Part shown: one piece after another, positions 61,262-64,000 of the stretch
How the letters are laid out: every line of letters starts with the position of its first letter
Numbering within the stretch: the stretch's first letter is position 1
From: an uncultured Chloroflexia bacterium
GTDB taxonomy: Bacteria > Chloroflexota > Limnocylindria > Limnocylindrales > CSP1-4
Direction: 5' to 3'
NCBI GenBank assembly: GCA_963743815.1
Contig: CAVURB010000010.1
Location: forward strand, 134,099 to 198,098
Length of the DNA stretch: 64,000 nt
Program-made: the position numbers and the translations under genes
The notes under the pieces: generated by a model
Database searches by the model: none
What the model was told of the DNA's origin: nothing
Seen by the model: only the letters and a program-made list of their open reading frames with translations

Positions 61262-62072
61262 TCAGGCAGCCGACGGCGCTCCCTCGTACAGGGCGTCCAG
61301 CTGGGCGTCGGATCGTCCGCGGAGCAGTCGCCATCCATAGGCCCACAAGGTCAGGTTCAGGGCGAGCCACGCCATCAGGATCGGGATCAGGACGGGATGG
61401 TCCACGCCACCGGCCGTCAGCGTCGTGAGCGCCATGACATCGAGCGCGACATGCAGCGCGATGACCGGCCAGAGGCTCCCGGACCTGATCCGCAGGGCCG
61501 CCAACGTGACGCCACCGGCTGTCGTGGCCGCGATCTGCATGACCGTGAAGGGCAGGTTCGCGCCCGCGACGAGGTTGACCGAATGGGCGAACCCGAAGAG
61601 GAACGCAGTCCCGATGATGGCATTCCGCCAGCCTTGTGGACGCAGGCCCTCGAGCACGATCCCCCGGAAGAAGATCTCCTCGTTGAGGGCGATGAGCGGC
61701 GCCCCGACCAGCACGATCGGCACGATCTGTGATCGCTCGATGTTGATCCCGAGCAGGAGGAAGACGGACCCCGTCAGCACGGGGTACGCGAACGCACCGA
61801 CTGCTGCCCTTCGGCCCAGCCGCGTCAGCCCGATCCGATCCCACCATCCGAGTGCGGCGACCAGGACCAGTGCGAGGGCGGCGTAGAAGCCCCAGATGAC
61901 CGGGCCGAGCCAGCCATCGGGCAACCCGGGCAACACGGTCCGCACAAGACGTGCGTCATTCCAGGCGATGGCGATGTGGATGGCTTCGAACACGACGAAG
62001 CAACCCATCACGAAGAGCGCGGGGTGCCGTCGCTGCCAAGGAACGCGCATCGGAGTAGCTTGGACGGCATCC
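61262..62072 (-). CDS. CPBP family intramembrane metalloprotease (CAAX protease/Abi)
   Basis: EEIFFRG, FGFAHS, HVALD motifs. Confidence 0.75.
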
Positions 62073-62424
62073 ATGGCTGCATCGTCGTGGCTCGCGTGAC
62101 GGCCGCACCAGTGTCCTTGGTCGTCGCGCACCCGTCCGGATGGCCTGTGGGCCACGCCCAGGGCTCCGGGCGCCGGGACTTGCGCTGGGTGTGATGATGC
62201 GCACATGGTCGAGTACGGACATGGCGTCAGCGAGGGAGCCGGTCAGGTCTCCGGGTCCCAGGGCGGCCTTGGGTCGGGCGGCGGCGACTGGGGAGCCCGG
62301 ATCGGTGACATCGCCAATGACGCGGTGCACGGGACTCTCCGCCCTGTCCCCGGCCCAGTTGCTGCTGCTCATCGCCGTCGTCGTCATCGGCTTCTTCGTG
62401 CTGAAACGAGCGTTGTAGGCGCGT

Positions 62425-62782
62425 TCAGGAACCGTCGATCTCGGCGATCCGCCCGCGCACGATCCGCGTGACGAGTTCGGACGGGATCGGCGTCGAAGGC
62501 GTGAACCTGATCGTCCCCTTCGCCGTGTCGAAACCGGCGAGTTCGTCGCGGTGCGCCTCGATCATCGACGGTCCCATCGGGAAGAACGAGCAGTGACCCT
62601 TGGCCGCCGCAGTAGGCGACGAGCGGACGGCCCTTGTAGCGGAACGCCGGCGCGCCATAGCTCAGGGCCTCGATCGCCTCGGGTGCCGCCTGTGCGATCG
62701 TCTCGCGCAGCGACTGGAGCGCGGCACGCTGGTCGTCGGGCAAGGCGGCGAGCATCGCGTCGATCCGCTCGGCCGCCGGCAC
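62425..62782 (-). CDS. DUF1801 (YdhG-like) domain protein (apparent frameshift)
   Basis: …EALSYGAPAFRYKGRPLVAY… then …HCSFFPMGPSMIEAHRDELAGFDTAKGTIRF… in the second frame. Confidence 0.5.
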
Positions 62783-62792
62783 GTCCGGTCGG

Positions 62793-63224
62793 TCACCGGT
62801 GGTCCTCCGTTGGGTTTCTCATCCGTCCACCGGCTCTCTCCTGGATGGCCCAGCTGTTCCCGTCCGGGTCCGAGAAGAACACGAACGAGTTCCAGCGGCC
62901 CCCGGGACCCTCGACGAACCCCTCGCCGTCGTGGTGCTGGATCGAGCTCACCGGGACGCCACGCGCGCTGAGCTCGGCCCGCGCGGCTGCGATGTCCTCC
63001 ACCACCAGCTGCAGACCCCGGAGCGAGCCCGGAGCCATGTCGGTCATGCCCTTGCCGATCGTGATCGAGCACGCGGAACCCGTGGGTGTCAGTTGGACGA
63101 CCCGGAACCGATCGTTGGGGGCGTGGTCGACGTCGACGTTGAACCCCATCATCTCGGCGTAGAAGTGCTTGGCGCGATCCACGTCAGACACCGGGACGAC
63201 CACGACTTCGAGCTTGTAGTCCAT
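62793..63224 (-). CDS. VOC family protein (glyoxalase-like)
   Basis: 143 aa; MDYKLEVVVVPVSDVDRAKHFYAEMMGF… VOC fold. Confidence 0.7.
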   Translation of the reverse strand: MDYKLEVVVVPVSDVDRAKHFYAEMMGFNVDVDHAPNDRFRVVQLTPTGSACSITIGKGMTDMAPGSLRGLQLVVEDIAAARAELSARGVPVSSIQHHDGEGFVEGPGGRWNSFVFFSDPDGNSWAIQERAGGRMRNPTEDHR

Positions 63225-63251
63225 CGGGGTCGGGTCCTCCAGGGATCGGGT

Positions 63252-64000
63252 TCAGGCGTCCATCTTGCCACCGGGATCGCGGGCGAGGAATCGCGTGGCG
63301 ACCTGGTCCGCGATCGCTCGGCTCCTGGGTTGGCCGGTCAGGGCGGCCAGGAACGGTTCGCGTTCGATCGCGATGAGCTGGGTGGGCGTGGCTGCCCGGA
63401 CAGTGGCCGTGCGGGGGATGTCATGGAGGAGCGCGATCTCGCCGAACCCGTCGCCGGGCCCAAGGGTCCGGGTCACCGTCCCGCCGACCTCGACATCAGC
63501 GCGCCCGTCCGCGATCACATAGAACCGGTCACCGCGTTCCCCTTCCACGATGATCGCGACGCCCGGGACCGACGCAACGGTCTCGGCATCGGACGCGAGG
63601 CGCTCCAGGACGGGGGCGGACAGTGGACGGAACATCGCGACCGATCGGATGAGGCGGAGCTCCCGCAAGTACCCGTCCTCCGCCCGATCCGCGCGGATGA
63701 ACGCCGGCGCCGCAAGGAGCGCGACGACCGGCAGGGACAGGCCAGCCGCCACGAGCGCGCCTTCCACGCCGAACAGGACGATCAGCAGCGGCACCATCAG
63801 GCCGCCCAGGGCTTCCGCCGCGACCATCGCGGCCTCGGTGAGCCCGAAGACCCGGGTCATCACGTCGTCTCCGGCCAACCGTTGCGTGAGCGTGGTCGCC
63901 GCCACGTAGGCGAACGACCAGCCGACCCCGGTCGCCACGAACAACGCCACGACGATCGCCGGCACGCGGACGATGCCCAGGAGCGCGACGACGACCCCGA
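63252..64000 (-). CDS. Membrane transporter-like protein with C-terminal cyclic-nucleotide-binding domain (5' partial; N-terminus beyond window end)
   Basis: TM helices then …FGEIALLHDIPRTATVRA… cNMP-binding cassette. Confidence 0.65.
   Translation of the reverse strand, partial: GVVVALLGIVRVPAIVVALFVATGVGWSFAYVAATTLTQRLAGDDVMTRVFGLTEAAMVAAEALGGLMVPLLIVLFGVEGALVAAGLSLPVVALLAAPAFIRADRAEDGYLRELRLIRSVAMFRPLSAPVLERLASDAETVASVPGVAIIVEGERGDRFYVIADGRADVEVGGTVTRTLGPGDGFGEIALLHDIPRTATVRAATPTQLIAIEREPFLAALTGQPRSRAIADQVATRFLARDPGGKMDA

Noticed and set aside
1-64000. CRISPR arrays, rRNA, tRNA, IS elements or integrases
   Set aside because: No regularly spaced direct repeats, no rRNA-like or cloverleaf-forming segments in intergenic regions, and no transposase or integrase-like ORFs were found.

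Overview
This 64 kb window is high-GC, actinobacterial-type chromosomal DNA (roughly 70% GC, strong GC3 bias, F420/deazaflavin-associated enzymes). The first ~25 kb is conserved housekeeping: ruvC-ruvA, then an inserted Rrf2 regulator and adenylate-forming enzyme on the opposite strand, ruvB-tgt, recA-recX, a secreted EF-hand repeat protein, rny-ymdB, a PHP phosphoesterase, TerC, miaB-miaA-hflX, a threonine-dehydratase-like gene, a CPBP protease, an MFS transporter, an ABC exporter and an SPFH protein. From ~25 kb on the window is accessory-like and dominated by stress and signalling genes. These include three ECF sigma factors (two with anti-sigma partners), two class III adenylyl cyclases, three cNMP-binding proteins, five VOC/glyoxalase proteins, a PIN/HTH toxin-antitoxin pair, FN3 and HAF-repeat surface proteins, a Vat-like acetyltransferase, an S1 protease, an ArsR-SRPBCC-hydrolase operon, and F420-type PNPOx/Ddn enzymes. 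Many CDS (hflX, miaA, ABC exporter, MFS, CPBP, SPFH, thr-dehydratase, Ddn and others) are broken by single-base frame changes, mostly at short homopolymers, which looks like assembly indel error; I therefore report genes as single CDS with caveats. The most notable finding is a MerB-like (alkylmercury-lyase family) gene at 32152..32798(-) whose catalytic Cys159-equivalent codon is an in-frame TGA followed immediately by a conserved hairpin with a GGUC apical loop. The same TGA and hairpin are retained in a second, internally deleted paralog ~8 kb away. This is a candidate selenocysteine-containing MerB-like protein. No tRNA, rRNA or CRISPR array was recognised.
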